DNA of 59,769 nt from a bacterium (GCA_024226255.1 JAAELU010000187.1:1-59769), one strand, 5' to 3'. Shown: positions 17,391 through 28,020, counted from the first letter of the stretch. Notes: generated by a model from the letters alone, not told the origin. A program made the numbers and translations.

Positions 17391-17803
17391 GCGATGGCCT
17401 CCATCCCTGGTTGGCGCGACTGATCGCTCTCAACCTCCCGCCACACGACTATGCGCTCTTTGGGAGCGGCCCGCTCCTGGTTCGTGGCTGGATATCGGAG
17501 GTAGGCGATCTCGACGTGCTCGCCCGCGGCGCCGCCTGGGAACAGGTGCTCCAATCAGGCCGACTGGTGCATCTCGATGCCTTTGACGTGGACGTCGTGC
17601 TGATCGGTGAACACATCTCGGTGGGCACACGTTGGGGTATCGGCCATTTCGACGTCAACCAGTTGATCGATGACGCCGAGCTGATCAAAGGAATCCCTTG
17701 TGTTCGCCTCGACCATGTCGCCGCCTACAAACGCATCGCGGGCCGGCCCAAGGACGATGCGCACCTCCAGATCATCTCGCGACGCGCTGCCGACGGGGGC
17801 TAG
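17387..17803 (+). CDS. Small nucleotidyltransferase-fold hypothetical protein
   Basis: FGSGPL..GDLDVL and K...GRPKD; ATGA overlap with the HAD gene. Confidence 0.6.
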   Translation: MSDGLHPWLARLIALNLPPHDYALFGSGPLLVRGWISEVGDLDVLARGAAWEQVLQSGRLVHLDAFDVDVVLIGEHISVGTRWGIGHFDVNQLIDDAELIKGIPCVRLDHVAAYKRIAGRPKDDAHLQIISRRAADGG

Positions 17804-17899
17804 AGCGCCTGCGGCCTCGATCCGGTGCGTGGTCGGAATACAGTTAGGTTTGGTGCACGTGGGAATAGCGGGCAATCGTTCGGGAAGAGGAGACCTGCA

Positions 17900-18655
17900 G
17901 TGAAGATTCGGCGGGGACAAATAGTGAAGGCCGCACTGGCCGGCTCGGTGGTGCTGGCGGTAGCGATGGCAACGCTACCGGTTGTCGCCGACGTTGGGGA
18001 CAGCGTTCTACAGGGTCGCATCAACCGGGTCGACCGAAAGACAGTTCTGAGGGGCTCGGCGCCAAATGCCCCCATGCTCAAGATCGTCAATACCGCGCCT
18101 GATGGCATCGGCATCAGGGTGCTTGTGGCCGATGGGCAAGCTCCGCTGTCGGTGAATTCCGATGCACTGGTCAGGAATCTCAATGCTGATCTGATCGACG
18201 GCATGTCCGGCGGAGACTTGCTCCCGGGCGGCACACTTCCTGCCGGGGGTTCGATACGCGGCACCTATGCAATGGGCGGCAGTGCAGGAACGGTAGGCGA
18301 CCTCGCTCTGTCAGAGATCAGCTTCGGCTTCACCCTCTCTTCTCCCCCGACCGTCCACTTCGTCGAGTCCGGCGAGACACCACCCAGCGCTTGCCCAGGC
18401 TCATCGACGTCGCCCCAGGCGGCCCCTGGCCATCTGTGTGTGTATGAGGCGGAGGTGATCGCTGCCGGGCTGCGCGACACCAACGCCGGCGGCGGGGACG
18501 GAACCTCCTACGCTTTTGGCGCCCGGTTGTTCGTCCGGTCCGCGGCCGCAGGCGATTTCTATTCGATGGGAACGTGGGCGGTTGCGGCAGCTGCCATCGG
18601 AGCTGATCCGGCACCAACCCCGAAATCGAGTTTCGTATTCGGTGTTGCCGACTGA
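17900..18655 (+). CDS. Secreted hypothetical protein with V.NLNAD.LDG fibre-like motif
   Basis: GAGGAG RBS before GTG 17900; signal peptide; APLSVNSDALVRNLNADLIDG; C-terminal Cys pair CPG..GHLCVY. Confidence 0.7.
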   Translation: MKIRRGQIVKAALAGSVVLAVAMATLPVVADVGDSVLQGRINRVDRKTVLRGSAPNAPMLKIVNTAPDGIGIRVLVADGQAPLSVNSDALVRNLNADLIDGMSGGDLLPGGTLPAGGSIRGTYAMGGSAGTVGDLALSEISFGFTLSSPPTVHFVESGETPPSACPGSSTSPQAAPGHLCVYEAEVIAAGLRDTNAGGGDGTSYAFGARLFVRSAAAGDFYSMGTWAVAAAAIGADPAPTPKSSFVFGVAD

Positions 18656-18739
18656 CGCAACACTTGGTGACGGAGCGTGGTTTTGTGGGCCCACAGAGGA
18701 GTAGCCTGAGGGCAATACGATCCCGAGCTGGAGGTTCTG

Positions 18740-19921
18740 ATGTTTCGACGTTATCGACGGCGACTTGGCTTGATTGCGATCATCGCGATGGCCGCGACGC
18801 TCCTGCCGGCGGCGGCTGCGCTATCGACCCATAGGCACCGGTTTGGGCGGACTGTGACCGATGTCGAGTTCCTCGGCGAAGTCATCGTTCCGACGGGCAC
18901 CATGTTCGAGGATACGGAGATCGGTGGACTCTCGAGCATCACGTATGGCGGCCACGGCACCTACTACGCACTATCGGATGACCAGGGCAATCGCACCGAT
19001 GCCGACGGCACCTGGAACGGCGATCCGGTTCGCTACTACACACTGCGAATCAACCTGCATGACGGCTCGCTAGATGACGGCGATGTGGACTTTGTCGACG
19101 TCACTCAGCTATTCGACTCAAAGAAGACTCCCTTTGCGCCGGGTGGCCTCGACCCTGAAGGTTTCGCCCTGGCCCGTCGCGGTCAGTTCTATATGTCCTC
19201 GGAGGGAAACATATTCGCGGATCCGATCATCGATCCGTTCATCCGGCGCTATAACCGCCGGGGTCGCACAACCGCCACCCTGCCGATTCCCGACCACTTC
19301 ATCTCGAACGGCGTGGATCACGGTGTCAGGTTCAACTTGGCGTTCGAGAGCCTCAACCTGACGCCAAATCAGCGCACCTTGGTTACAGCCGGTGAGGGTG
19401 CATTGTTCCAAGACGGACCAGCGTCGACCTTCACCAATGGAAGCTTCGCCCGAATCCTCACCTACGACGCCCGCAAACGGGTACCGACAGCCGAGTACGT
19501 GTACGACGTTGCTCCGTGGGCTGAGCCATCGAGCATTTTTGGTGTCAACGGGATCGTTGAGGTGCTTCCAATCGACAATCATGGGACGATGCTTGTGATG
19601 GAGCGCTCCTTCTCCGTCGGAGGTGTGCTTGGCGGAGGCACGGGCAACGTCGTTGTCATCAATGAAGTGTCCACCAAGGGCGCTACGGATGTCCTCGAGC
19701 TCGACTCTCTAGCCGGGGCAACCTTCACGCCGGTCACCAAGCGCGAGGTGTTTGCGTTCGATGATCTCGGTATCCCGATCGACAACATCGAGGGAATGAC
19801 CTTCGGCCCACGGCTACGCGACGGCCGTCGGACTGTTGTCATCGTCAGTGACAACAACTTCAGCCCGGGTCAATTCACCCAGTTCATAGTTCTGGCGATC
19901 GACGCCAAGCGCACCCGGTGA
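18740..19921 (+). CDS. Secreted esterase-like activity of phytase family protein
   Basis: GGAGG RBS; signal peptide; GGLSSI, YYALSDD, DPEG, SSEG, RFNLAFESL, LVMERS, DNIEGMTFGP, VSDNNF. Confidence 0.88.
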   Translation: MFRRYRRRLGLIAIIAMAATLLPAAAALSTHRHRFGRTVTDVEFLGEVIVPTGTMFEDTEIGGLSSITYGGHGTYYALSDDQGNRTDADGTWNGDPVRYYTLRINLHDGSLDDGDVDFVDVTQLFDSKKTPFAPGGLDPEGFALARRGQFYMSSEGNIFADPIIDPFIRRYNRRGRTTATLPIPDHFISNGVDHGVRFNLAFESLNLTPNQRTLVTAGEGALFQDGPASTFTNGSFARILTYDARKRVPTAEYVYDVAPWAEPSSIFGVNGIVEVLPIDNHGTMLVMERSFSVGGVLGGGTGNVVVINEVSTKGATDVLELDSLAGATFTPVTKREVFAFDDLGIPIDNIEGMTFGPRLRDGRRTVVIVSDNNFSPGQFTQFIVLAIDAKRTR

Positions 19922-19959
19922 ACTAGCGGCCGCGACGTATGCGGCTGGGGGCCAGGCAA

Positions 19960-19996
19960 GGCCTCCGTGGCGTGAGCAGATCACTTCACGGAGGCC
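19960..19996. terminator. Hairpin between convergent genes
   Basis: GGCCTCCGTG ... CACGGAGGCC 10-bp outer stem. Confidence 0.5.
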
Positions 19997-20021
19997 ATGC
20001 CGCCGTTGGCGTGCTGCTGGG

Positions 20022-21869
20022 TCAGCTCGGCGGCGAAGCGTCGTCCTCCGTTCCCGGTCCGAATTGTCGCTCTGACAGATCGGCATAGAGACCACCAAGC
20101 GCAGTGAGCGACTCATGGGTGCCCTCCTCGACGATCCGCCCCTCATCCAAGACCAGGATTCGGTCGGCTTCTCGCACGGTGCTGAGTCGATGGGCTATCA
20201 CAAAGGTCGTGCGGCCCCTCATCAAGACGGCCAAGGCATCTTGCACTACCGCCTCCGACTCAGAGTCAAGGGCACTTGTCGCCTCATCGAGAATGAGGAT
20301 TCGGGGATCCTTGAGCAAAGCTCGGGCGATTGCAACGCGCTGGCGCTGTCCGCCCGACAGCTTCACGCCACGCTCCCCGACCATCGTGTCGTACGCCTCG
20401 GGAAATGCAGAGATGAACTCATCAGCGTTGGCGGCGATCGCAGCATTCTGCACCGCTTCCAACGAGGCCGCAGCGTCTCCCATGAGGATGTTTTCGGCAA
20501 TTGAACCAGAGAACAGGTGGGTGTCCTGGGGAACTGCGGCCATGTGTGAGCGGAGCTCTGCCACCTTCACCCGTCGGATATCGACGCCGTCCACCTGTAT
20601 CGAACCGGCGTTGGGATCAAAGAAACGCGCAATGAGCTGAACCAGAGTTGATTTCCCGGCACCACTCGGCCCTACCAGGGCGATCACTTCGCCAGGCGCC
20701 GCTTCGAGCGATACGCCTCGCAGGACGTCACCAGTTCGATCGGAGTACGCGAAGGAAACGCCGTCGAACGTGACGGTCCCATCGACGTCGGCGAGCGGAC
20801 GAGCCTGCTGAGGATCCTCGATATCACTGACTTCATCGAGCATCTCAAAGATGCGGCGGGTGGATCCGAGTGCCTCTTTGAGCTGCCCATAGAGACCGCT
20901 GAAAGTACCGATGGCGCCGGCGACGGTGAACGTATAGAGCAGGAAGGTGACGAGGTCGCCCCCGGATATCTCCCCGGCCAAAACGAGGCGGCCACCGAAC
21001 CACAGAACAAGCGAGATGGTGGCAAACACTGAGAACTGCACTGCCGGAACGAACAACGCTCGGAGGCGGGCGCGGCGTAGTGCCAAGCGATACGACTCGG
21101 CAATGGATCCTGAGTAGCGATCGACCAGGGTTCGTTCAGCGCCGAACCATTGCACGACCCTGATCCCGGCGATCGCCTCCTCGGCGACGGCGTTGGCCTC
21201 GGCAACACGATCCTGAAAGGCGATCGAGAGCTTCTCGAGCCGCTTGCCGAAGTAGCGGGCTGCGCCGATGAGGAGCGGCAGGACGATCAAGACAGCACCC
21301 GACAATTTGGCGCTGATGACGAAGAGCATCACCACTCCCCCCACAAGAGTTAGCGCCTGGCTGGCAACTTGGGCAATGGATTGGCTAACGGTCGTTTGCA
21401 CCACGGCGACATCGGAGGTCAAGCGGGACGTGATCTCGCCGGTCTTGCGCGACTCAAAGAACTTCACCGAGAGAAGCATCAGATGGCTGTAGAGGCCGGT
21501 ACGCAGATCTGCGACGACTCCCTCTCCGACGGCGGCCAACTGATACTGCTTCACATAATTGAAGAGTGCTTGTACCGCAAAGACAGCGAGTAACGCCAAC
21601 GCGATCCGGTTCAGCGTTGAAGTGTCGCCGGCGGCACTCTCGAGAAGCGCCGAGTCGACAAGGCGCCCGATCACCAGCGGGAAGACCAGACCCATGGCCG
21701 ACGCAACAACAACGGCTCCGATCGCCATTGCGAGACGGCGGCGGTAGGGCTTGAGAAACCAGGCCAGACGCCTGAGCTGGCGAAGCTCTCCAAGCTTCAG
21801 CGGTTCGTCGGACTCATCTTCTTCGGCACCGCTCTCGGGAGAGCGGTGCCGTCGCTGGCGGCCGCTCAT
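20022..21869 (-). CDS. ABC exporter, fused permease/ATPase (MsbA/MDR-like)
   Basis: About 6 TM helices; [40 protein letters not shown]; start uncertain (21869 or 21905). Confidence 0.92.
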   Translation of the reverse strand: MSGRQRRHRSPESGAEEDESDEPLKLGELRQLRRLAWFLKPYRRRLAMAIGAVVVASAMGLVFPLVIGRLVDSALLESAAGDTSTLNRIALALLAVFAVQALFNYVKQYQLAAVGEGVVADLRTGLYSHLMLLSVKFFESRKTGEITSRLTSDVAVVQTTVSQSIAQVASQALTLVGGVVMLFVISAKLSGAVLIVLPLLIGAARYFGKRLEKLSIAFQDRVAEANAVAEEAIAGIRVVQWFGAERTLVDRYSGSIAESYRLALRRARLRALFVPAVQFSVFATISLVLWFGGRLVLAGEISGGDLVTFLLYTFTVAGAIGTFSGLYGQLKEALGSTRRIFEMLDEVSDIEDPQQARPLADVDGTVTFDGVSFAYSDRTGDVLRGVSLEAAPGEVIALVGPSGAGKSTLVQLIARFFDPNAGSIQVDGVDIRRVKVAELRSHMAAVPQDTHLFSGSIAENILMGDAAASLEAVQNAAIAANADEFISAFPEAYDTMVGERGVKLSGGQRQRVAIARALLKDPRILILDEATSALDSESEAVVQDALAVLMRGRTTFVIAHRLSTVREADRILVLDEGRIVEEGTHESLTALGGLYADLSERQFGPGTEDDASPPS

Positions 21870-21888
21870 TGGCGTGCTCTCGTCTGAC

Positions 21889-22557
21889 TCATCTCTCTCT
21901 TCCAACAGACGGCATCTCCGACCGGCGATCAGACGGCGCGATTGGCTGGATCTCTGCAGGAAGGATGCCGAGCTCCGCCAGAGCCTTGGTCATGGCTTCC
22001 ATTGGCAGCCCCATTACGTTTGTGAAGGAGCCCACGGTTGACGCAACAAAATGACGGGCACCACCTTGGATGGCGTAGGCGCCGGCTCGATCCATGGGTT
22101 CGCCGGTGGCGATGTATCTCTCGATCTCTGAGTCAGATAGATCGCGAAACGTCACCTGCGTTGTGCCGATGCCAGAAGCCACCATCTCTCCGCGGCGACT
22201 GATGCACCACCCCGTCAGCACACGATGACACCCGCCGCTCAGAGAGCGCAACATCAGAGACGCTTCGCCACGCGTGCGTGGCTTGCCGAGCACCAATCCG
22301 GCGTTTACAACGATCGTGTCAGCTCCGATTGTGAAGCCGTCGCCCCCGACGGCACTGAGGGACTTTGCGCTCGAAACCCGCGCGACATAGGTCTCGGCGG
22401 CCTCACCCTCGAGCTGGGTCTCGTCCACTTCTGGCGCCACAACGTCGTGGAGGTAACCGGCTTCGGTGAGCAGCAGGTGGCGACGCGGCGAGCCGCTGGC
22501 GAGGGTCAGCGGTGGACCCAATTGCCCGGTCGTGTTCTCGGGCGGCTCTTCGTGCAT
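21889..22557 (-). CDS. maf: Maf family nucleotide pyrophosphatase
   Basis: LASGSPRR, VDE, IGADTIV, LGKP, LSG..H.V.TG, GEPMDRAGAYAIQG, GSFTNVMGLP. Confidence 0.92.
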   Translation of the reverse strand: MHEEPPENTTGQLGPPLTLASGSPRRHLLLTEAGYLHDVVAPEVDETQLEGEAAETYVARVSSAKSLSAVGGDGFTIGADTIVVNAGLVLGKPRTRGEASLMLRSLSGGCHRVLTGWCISRRGEMVASGIGTTQVTFRDLSDSEIERYIATGEPMDRAGAYAIQGGARHFVASTVGSFTNVMGLPMEAMTKALAELGILPAEIQPIAPSDRRSEMPSVGRER

Positions 22558-22651
22558 GCTCCCATTGTGGCATCGAGTCGGCACTGGAAAGTTGGATCTG
22601 CCGATGAGCGCCACCTGCTCCGGCCGGCTCCGAGGTGTAATACTCCCGGAC

Positions 22652-23821
22652 ATGATTGACGTTGCGCAGGCCAGAGCCGACACGCTCGGATGCGAATCCG
22701 TAGCCCATCTCAACAACGCCGGCTCGTCGCTGCCGCCTCGGCAAGTCGTAGATGCGGTAGTCGACTACCTGCGCGTAGAAGAGATGATGGGCGGCTATGA
22801 AGCCGCAGCGCACGCCGGCGCAGAGCTCGACGCGGTCTACTCGTCTGCGGCGCACATGCTCAATTGTCGGCCGGATGAGATCGCGTTCACAGCAAACGCG
22901 TCGGATTCCTGGTGGAGAGCGTTCAGCTCGATCGCGCTGCAGCGAGGTGACCGAGTCCTCCTTGGGCACAGCGAATTCCAGTCCAACGCGTTCGGACTGT
23001 TGCAGGCGGCCGAGCGCGGCGTCCTTCTCGACGTTGTCCCCAATACGCCGACGGGAGAGATCGATCTCGAGGCCCTCGACCGACGGTTGAACGACGACGT
23101 GAAGCTCGTATGTCTGACCCAGATTTCGATGGCCAATGGATCCATCCATCCGGCCGCGGCCGTCGGCGAACGGGCTCGGTCGGTCGGCGCCACCTACCTT
23201 CTGGACGCTTGCCAGGCGGCAGGGCAGCTTCCGCTCGACGTCGAGGAGTTGGGATGCGACTTCCTCGCATTCACCGGACGCAAGTTCATGAGAGGTCCTC
23301 GCGGCACGGGAATTCTCTATGCCCGCGAATCGATTCATGACAGATTGCACCCGTCACCTTTTGTTGACGGCAGGTCGGCGGAGTGGACCAGCCCAATGAC
23401 GTACGAGCTCCAACCCGATGCCCGCCGTTTCGAATTCGGTGAGCAGAACTTTGCCGGCAAGATCGGCCTCGCTGTTGCCATCGACTACGCCTTGTCAATC
23501 GGGCTTGAACCGATCGCTGCCCGCGTCGGAGAGCTGGCCGCTGAGCTGCGTCGTCGGCTCCGATATCTGCCGGGTGTCGAAGTGCGCGACGAGGGACAGC
23601 ACCAATCAGGAATCGTTACCTTCACGTTGGACGGCCATGCCCCGCTGGAGGTGCAGGGCGAGCTGGGGCGCCATGGCGTCAATGTCTCGGCTCCCGGCAG
23701 ACGAAATGCCCAACTCGATCTGGGTGTTCGCGGCCTCGACGCCGTCGTACGGGCCGGCATCCACTACTACAACACCGAGGACGAGATTCAACGCCTGGTC
23801 GCCGTGGTCGCAACCATGTAG
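22652..23821 (+). CDS. Aminotransferase class V PLP enzyme (EgtE/C-S lyase-like)
   Basis: HLNNAGSSL, LDACQAAGQ, TGRKFMRGPRGTG, VRAGIHYYNT; no catalytic Cys loop. Confidence 0.88.
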   Translation: MIDVAQARADTLGCESVAHLNNAGSSLPPRQVVDAVVDYLRVEEMMGGYEAAAHAGAELDAVYSSAAHMLNCRPDEIAFTANASDSWWRAFSSIALQRGDRVLLGHSEFQSNAFGLLQAAERGVLLDVVPNTPTGEIDLEALDRRLNDDVKLVCLTQISMANGSIHPAAAVGERARSVGATYLLDACQAAGQLPLDVEELGCDFLAFTGRKFMRGPRGTGILYARESIHDRLHPSPFVDGRSAEWTSPMTYELQPDARRFEFGEQNFAGKIGLAVAIDYALSIGLEPIAARVGELAAELRRRLRYLPGVEVRDEGQHQSGIVTFTLDGHAPLEVQGELGRHGVNVSAPGRRNAQLDLGVRGLDAVVRAGIHYYNTEDEIQRLVAVVATM

Positions 23822-24005
23822 CCGACTGCCGACGGGTCCAGGTCGGCAGCCGTACACTGGCCCGAACATCTCCTCGCGACGATGGGCAGCGAATGGACAA
23901 ATCGCCAACCAGCTATGCCGAGCCAACCAATGAGGATCGCACGGCCGCCCTCTCCGATTCCCGACTCCTGCCTATCGCCGCGATCGCGCATGGCGAGAGA
24001 GGGAC

Positions 24006-24701
24006 ATGACACGTGTCAGCAGCTCTGGGCAGCCCATCGGGCCCGATCTTTCCGCGTGGCGGGCTCCCCCGACGCCCTCGGTCCGGGTCCTTCGAGGCGA
24101 ATACGTAACCCTGGCGCCGCTCGATACAGCAGTTCACGGACCAGGGCTTGCCGAGGCGTTCGCGAACGCTCCGGATTCGTTGTGGACGTACATGCCTTTT
24201 GGCCCATTCGCAGGGGCCGGCGAGGTAGCAGCAACCCTCGAGCACTTGCTGAGGTACCCGGACTGGCTGGTCTATGCCGCAACTGTGGATGGTCGGGCGG
24301 TTGGCTTCTTGGCTTATCTACGGATCGACGCCAGGGCTGGTGTGATCGAGATCGGGTCCATCGCCTTTTCCCCGGCACTGCAGCGCACCACCGCCGCCAC
24401 TGAGGCGATATACCTGCTGCTCGACAACGTCTTTGGCCTCGGCTACCGACGTTGTGAATGGAAGTGCGATGCGCTCAACGCTCCGTCGCGATCAGCCGCC
24501 GAACGTCTTGGCTTCCAATACGAAGGTACCTTCCGCAACGCTACGCATTACAAGGGCAGAAGCCGCGACACGGCCTGGTTCGCCATCACCAACGATGATT
24601 GGCCGCAGTTGATGCCTGCCTACCAAAACTGGCTGGCTCCGGATAACCATGACCAGGAGGGGCGGCAGCGGCAATCGCTGCGCGACATTGGGCGAACATA
24701 A
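24006..24701 (+). CDS. GNAT N-acetyltransferase (RimJ/RimL type)
   Basis: LWTYMPFGPF, IEIGSI, LGYRRCEWKCDALNAPS..AA.RLGF.YEG.FR, KGRSRDTAWF. Confidence 0.9.
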   Translation: MTRVSSSGQPIGPDLSAWRAPPTPSVRVLRGEYVTLAPLDTAVHGPGLAEAFANAPDSLWTYMPFGPFAGAGEVAATLEHLLRYPDWLVYAATVDGRAVGFLAYLRIDARAGVIEIGSIAFSPALQRTTAATEAIYLLLDNVFGLGYRRCEWKCDALNAPSRSAAERLGFQYEGTFRNATHYKGRSRDTAWFAITNDDWPQLMPAYQNWLAPDNHDQEGRQRQSLRDIGRT

Positions 24702-24844
24702 TCGACACGTAGGCAGAATGTGGGGCCATGGAGCTTCTGCTCGACGCCTCGACAGACGCAGGGGTCACGCATACGGGTCTACCCATACTTGGCTCTATGT
24801 GACGACCAGTTGACGCCGCACCGTTTCGTCGGGAGTATGCCCAT

Positions 24845-25351
24845 ATGATTGAGTCCCGCCCGAGGCCGTTTCCAGAGCGGGGCACGTCGTTGGAGCATTC
24901 AATCGGAGAGTTCCTCGAATTCGTCCAGACGACCTCGGTGAACAAGCTGGCGGGCCTCACCGAAGCGCAGGCGGGCGCCACACCCCTGCCGACCTCACCG
25001 GTGATGAGTCCGCTGGGCTTGGTCAAACATCTGACGGCCGTGCTCAGGCAACACATTCAGATCCACATTGGAGGGCACGAGCTGCCGAGTCTGTGGCGGG
25101 CTGACGACCACGACCATGAGTTCCGCCTCACTAGCAGTGACTCGATAGAGTCAGTGGTCGCAGCGTTTGATCGGGAGTGCGAGCTGTCGAGAGCGACCTT
25201 GTCGGGTGTCACCATGGACGCCGAAATCACCACATACGGCGAGCCCAATCGTGTCGGTCGCGTCTTGGTCGATGTCCTCCAGGAGTCGGCCCGCCATCTC
25301 GGACACATGGATATCCTGCGCGAGATGATCGATGGCTCAACGGGCGAGTAA
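24845..25351 (+). CDS. DinB family (DUF664) protein
   Basis: KLAGLT..Q, SPLGLVKHL, QESARHLGHMDILREMIDG. Confidence 0.88.
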   Translation: MIESRPRPFPERGTSLEHSIGEFLEFVQTTSVNKLAGLTEAQAGATPLPTSPVMSPLGLVKHLTAVLRQHIQIHIGGHELPSLWRADDHDHEFRLTSSDSIESVVAAFDRECELSRATLSGVTMDAEITTYGEPNRVGRVLVDVLQESARHLGHMDILREMIDGSTGE

Positions 25352-25356
25352 CCCGA

Positions 25357-26172
25357 TCAATCGCCAATCGTCACAAAGTCGATCAGTTGCTCCACTGCAT
25401 TGACCAATGGGGTCGCTACATCCCGATAGCTGGAGACCGCTTCTAGGACCCTTCCCCAGAAGACACCCGTTTCCATCTCCAACCCGAGGGCCGCGAGAAC
25501 CCCATCCTTCCAAGGCGTGCCGCGGGGAACTTCCGGCCATGCCGCTATCCCGATGGCGCTCGGCAGAATTGCCTGCCAAATGTCCAGGTAGGGATGGCCG
25601 CATACGAGCACGTCGGTGTGCCGGACCGAGTCGGCAATCCGCGACTCCTTGGATCCCTCTACCAGGTGATCGAGCAATACCCCGACCCGACGTTGCGGTC
25701 CCGGCCCAAACTCCTCCACGGCCGCAGCCAAGTCGTCCGCCCCGTGCAAAGGCTCGACCACGACTCCCGCTTCGCGTAAGTCATCCCCCCAGATCTTTTC
25801 GAGAAGTTCGGCATCATGGATTCCCTCGACCCAGATGCGACTCGCCCGGGCCACTCGGGCCCGGCCCCCGGTGACATCGATAGAACCCGATGGCGTGAAA
25901 CGTCTGGTGGCCTGGCTCGCCGCCGGCGCCCGCAGCGCGACCCGAGCCGTTTTGTGGACAAAGGCCCCGTCGTGTGCCTTGAACAACTGACGGCTCCCCA
26001 AGTCGTTTTCCAGGATTACCTTGTCCGCCTCGGCGAATCCGACCACCTTCCCTGTGAATCGTGACCCGGTGTGGGTGAGCGTCATTCCATGAGTTACTTC
26101 GATCTCAGGGTATTGCGGCTCCTTGAAGCCCTCGAGAATGTCGTCCTGCGCCCAGCGGTCGGTTGGTTTCAT
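25357..26172 (-). CDS. DUF3097 family protein
   Basis: ARASRIWVEGIHDAELLEKIWGDDLR, GVLLDHLV.GSKE, GHPYLDIWQA, WP.VPRG.PWK. Confidence 0.9.
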   Translation of the reverse strand: MKPTDRWAQDDILEGFKEPQYPEIEVTHGMTLTHTGSRFTGKVVGFAEADKVILENDLGSRQLFKAHDGAFVHKTARVALRAPAASQATRRFTPSGSIDVTGGRARVARASRIWVEGIHDAELLEKIWGDDLREAGVVVEPLHGADDLAAAVEEFGPGPQRRVGVLLDHLVEGSKESRIADSVRHTDVLVCGHPYLDIWQAILPSAIGIAAWPEVPRGTPWKDGVLAALGLEMETGVFWGRVLEAVSSYRDVATPLVNAVEQLIDFVTIGD

Positions 26173-26316
26173 GGCGGCGAGCGTAGCTGTGAAGCACGCT
26201 TGGACCGACAACCTCGTTTGGCAGCTCCCGAGATTTCCGGAGGTTCCGAAGGCCTCGTAGGCTTAGGGTGCGCCTTCAGGCAAACGCGTCCGATATGAAA
26301 GGACACAGCGTCCATT

Positions 26317-28020
26317 ATGAGTGCCACGCTTGACCTCGCGATCGAGCAGCTGACGTCGAAGAAGGACGAATGGGCGACTCTGAGCATCAGCCGCAAGCTC
26401 GACTACCTCACAACCCTCCGCGACGCCGTCGCTGCCAAGGCAGACGAATGGGTGCGCGTCTCCAAAGAGGGCAAACATATTGAGCCAGACTCGCCGCTCG
26501 CCGGTGAGGAGTGGATCTCGGGACCGTACGCCGTGCTCATCGCCATCAATGCCCTCGTCGATACTCTCGGGGCGCTCGCGACGGGCAAGGATGTCCTCGA
26601 GGGGGCCACGGTGCGATCACGCCCTGATGGCCAGGTCGTGGTCGATGTGTTCCCGAGAGATGTCTTCGATCGGCTGCTCCTCAACGGTTATCGAGCGGAA
26701 GTCTGGATGCAGAAGGAGGTCACGCCGGCCAATCTCCGCGATCACATCGGCTCGTTCTACAAGCAAGTCGAACCGGACGGCGTTCTCGGCCTGATCCTGG
26801 GAGCGGGCAATATCTCGTCGATTCCGCTTCTGGACATATTGACCAAGATGTTCTCCGACGGTCAGGTCGTCATCGTCAAGATGAATCCGGTCAATGACTA
26901 TCTCGGTCCCGTGTTCGAGGAGGTATGTGCCGAACTCATCGATGACGGCTTCATTCGTTTCGTGTATGGCGGTAGCGACGTCGGGGCATACCTGACAAGC
27001 CATCCCGGGATTGATGCCATGCACATCACCGGCAGCGCCCACACCTACAACACGATTGTTTTTGGCCCCGGTGAGGAAGGCGACGCCCGGCGCGAGAGCA
27101 ACGAGCCCATCATTACCAAACCCTTTACGAGCGAGCTCGGCGGGGTTGGCCCAACCTTCGTGGTTCCCGGACCGTGGACTGAGGCTGACTTCGCCTACCA
27201 GGCGGAACACCTAGCTACCCAGAAATTTCACAACGCGGGCTTCAACTGCATCGCATCGCAAGTTCTGGTTCTTCCGGAGCGCTGGTACGGCGGTGACCGG
27301 TTGGTGGACGAACTCCGCAGGACCATCACCAGGATCCCGAAACGAGAGGCCTACTACCCCGGCGCCGGCGAACGTCACGAGGAGGCTGTGGCAAACCATC
27401 CGCACGCCGAGGCCCTCGACCCGGGGCCGATCCCGCGCACCCTCATTACCGACGTCGATCCTCTTGGAATTGACGAATACGCCTTCACCACCGAGTTCTT
27501 CGGGGGTGTGTACGCAACGACCCGGCTCCCCGCCAAGGACCCAATCGAGTTCGTAGAGGCGGCCGTGCGCTTCGCGAACGAGAAACTCGCGGGAACGTTG
27601 GGGGCGCAGTTCCTCATCCATCCCAAGACCATCGAGTACCTCGGTCCTGTTCTCGACCAGGCGATCGCTGACCTGAACTACGGCAGCGTCGGCATCAATA
27701 GTTGGACCGGTGCCGGATACTTGCTGCCGACGGCCACCTGGGGTGCCTATCCGGGCCACACCCGTGCCGAGATCGGTAGTGGTATCGGTGTCGTCCACAA
27801 CGCTCTGATGTTCGACTATCCGGAGAAGTCGGTCGTGTTTGCCCCGTTCCATCCAATGCCGCGCGCTCTGTGGAATGGCCAATTCCACCTGTCTCCCAAA
27901 CCTCCCTGGTTCGTGACTCATCGCCGTGCCGACAAGGCGGGAGAGAGGCTCACCCGCTTCGCCGCCAAGCCGGGCTGGAGTCACCTTCCCGGCATCTTCG
28001 CGGCTGCGGTGCGTCACTAG
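26317..28020 (+). CDS. Aldehyde dehydrogenase family protein
   Basis: LGAGN, KMNPVN, HITGS, SELGG, NAGFNC (catalytic Cys), EFFG, L.YGSVGIN. Confidence 0.88.
   Translation: MSATLDLAIEQLTSKKDEWATLSISRKLDYLTTLRDAVAAKADEWVRVSKEGKHIEPDSPLAGEEWISGPYAVLIAINALVDTLGALATGKDVLEGATVRSRPDGQVVVDVFPRDVFDRLLLNGYRAEVWMQKEVTPANLRDHIGSFYKQVEPDGVLGLILGAGNISSIPLLDILTKMFSDGQVVIVKMNPVNDYLGPVFEEVCAELIDDGFIRFVYGGSDVGAYLTSHPGIDAMHITGSAHTYNTIVFGPGEEGDARRESNEPIITKPFTSELGGVGPTFVVPGPWTEADFAYQAEHLATQKFHNAGFNCIASQVLVLPERWYGGDRLVDELRRTITRIPKREAYYPGAGERHEEAVANHPHAEALDPGPIPRTLITDVDPLGIDEYAFTTEFFGGVYATTRLPAKDPIEFVEAAVRFANEKLAGTLGAQFLIHPKTIEYLGPVLDQAIADLNYGSVGINSWTGAGYLLPTATWGAYPGHTRAEIGSGIGVVHNALMFDYPEKSVVFAPFHPMPRALWNGQFHLSPKPPWFVTHRRADKAGERLTRFAAKPGWSHLPGIFAAAVRH

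Noticed and set aside
22652-23821. Calling either class V enzyme (also 53649-54911) a true cysteine desulfurase
   Set aside because: Both lack the catalytic Cys loop (SSGSAC or RxGHHCA)
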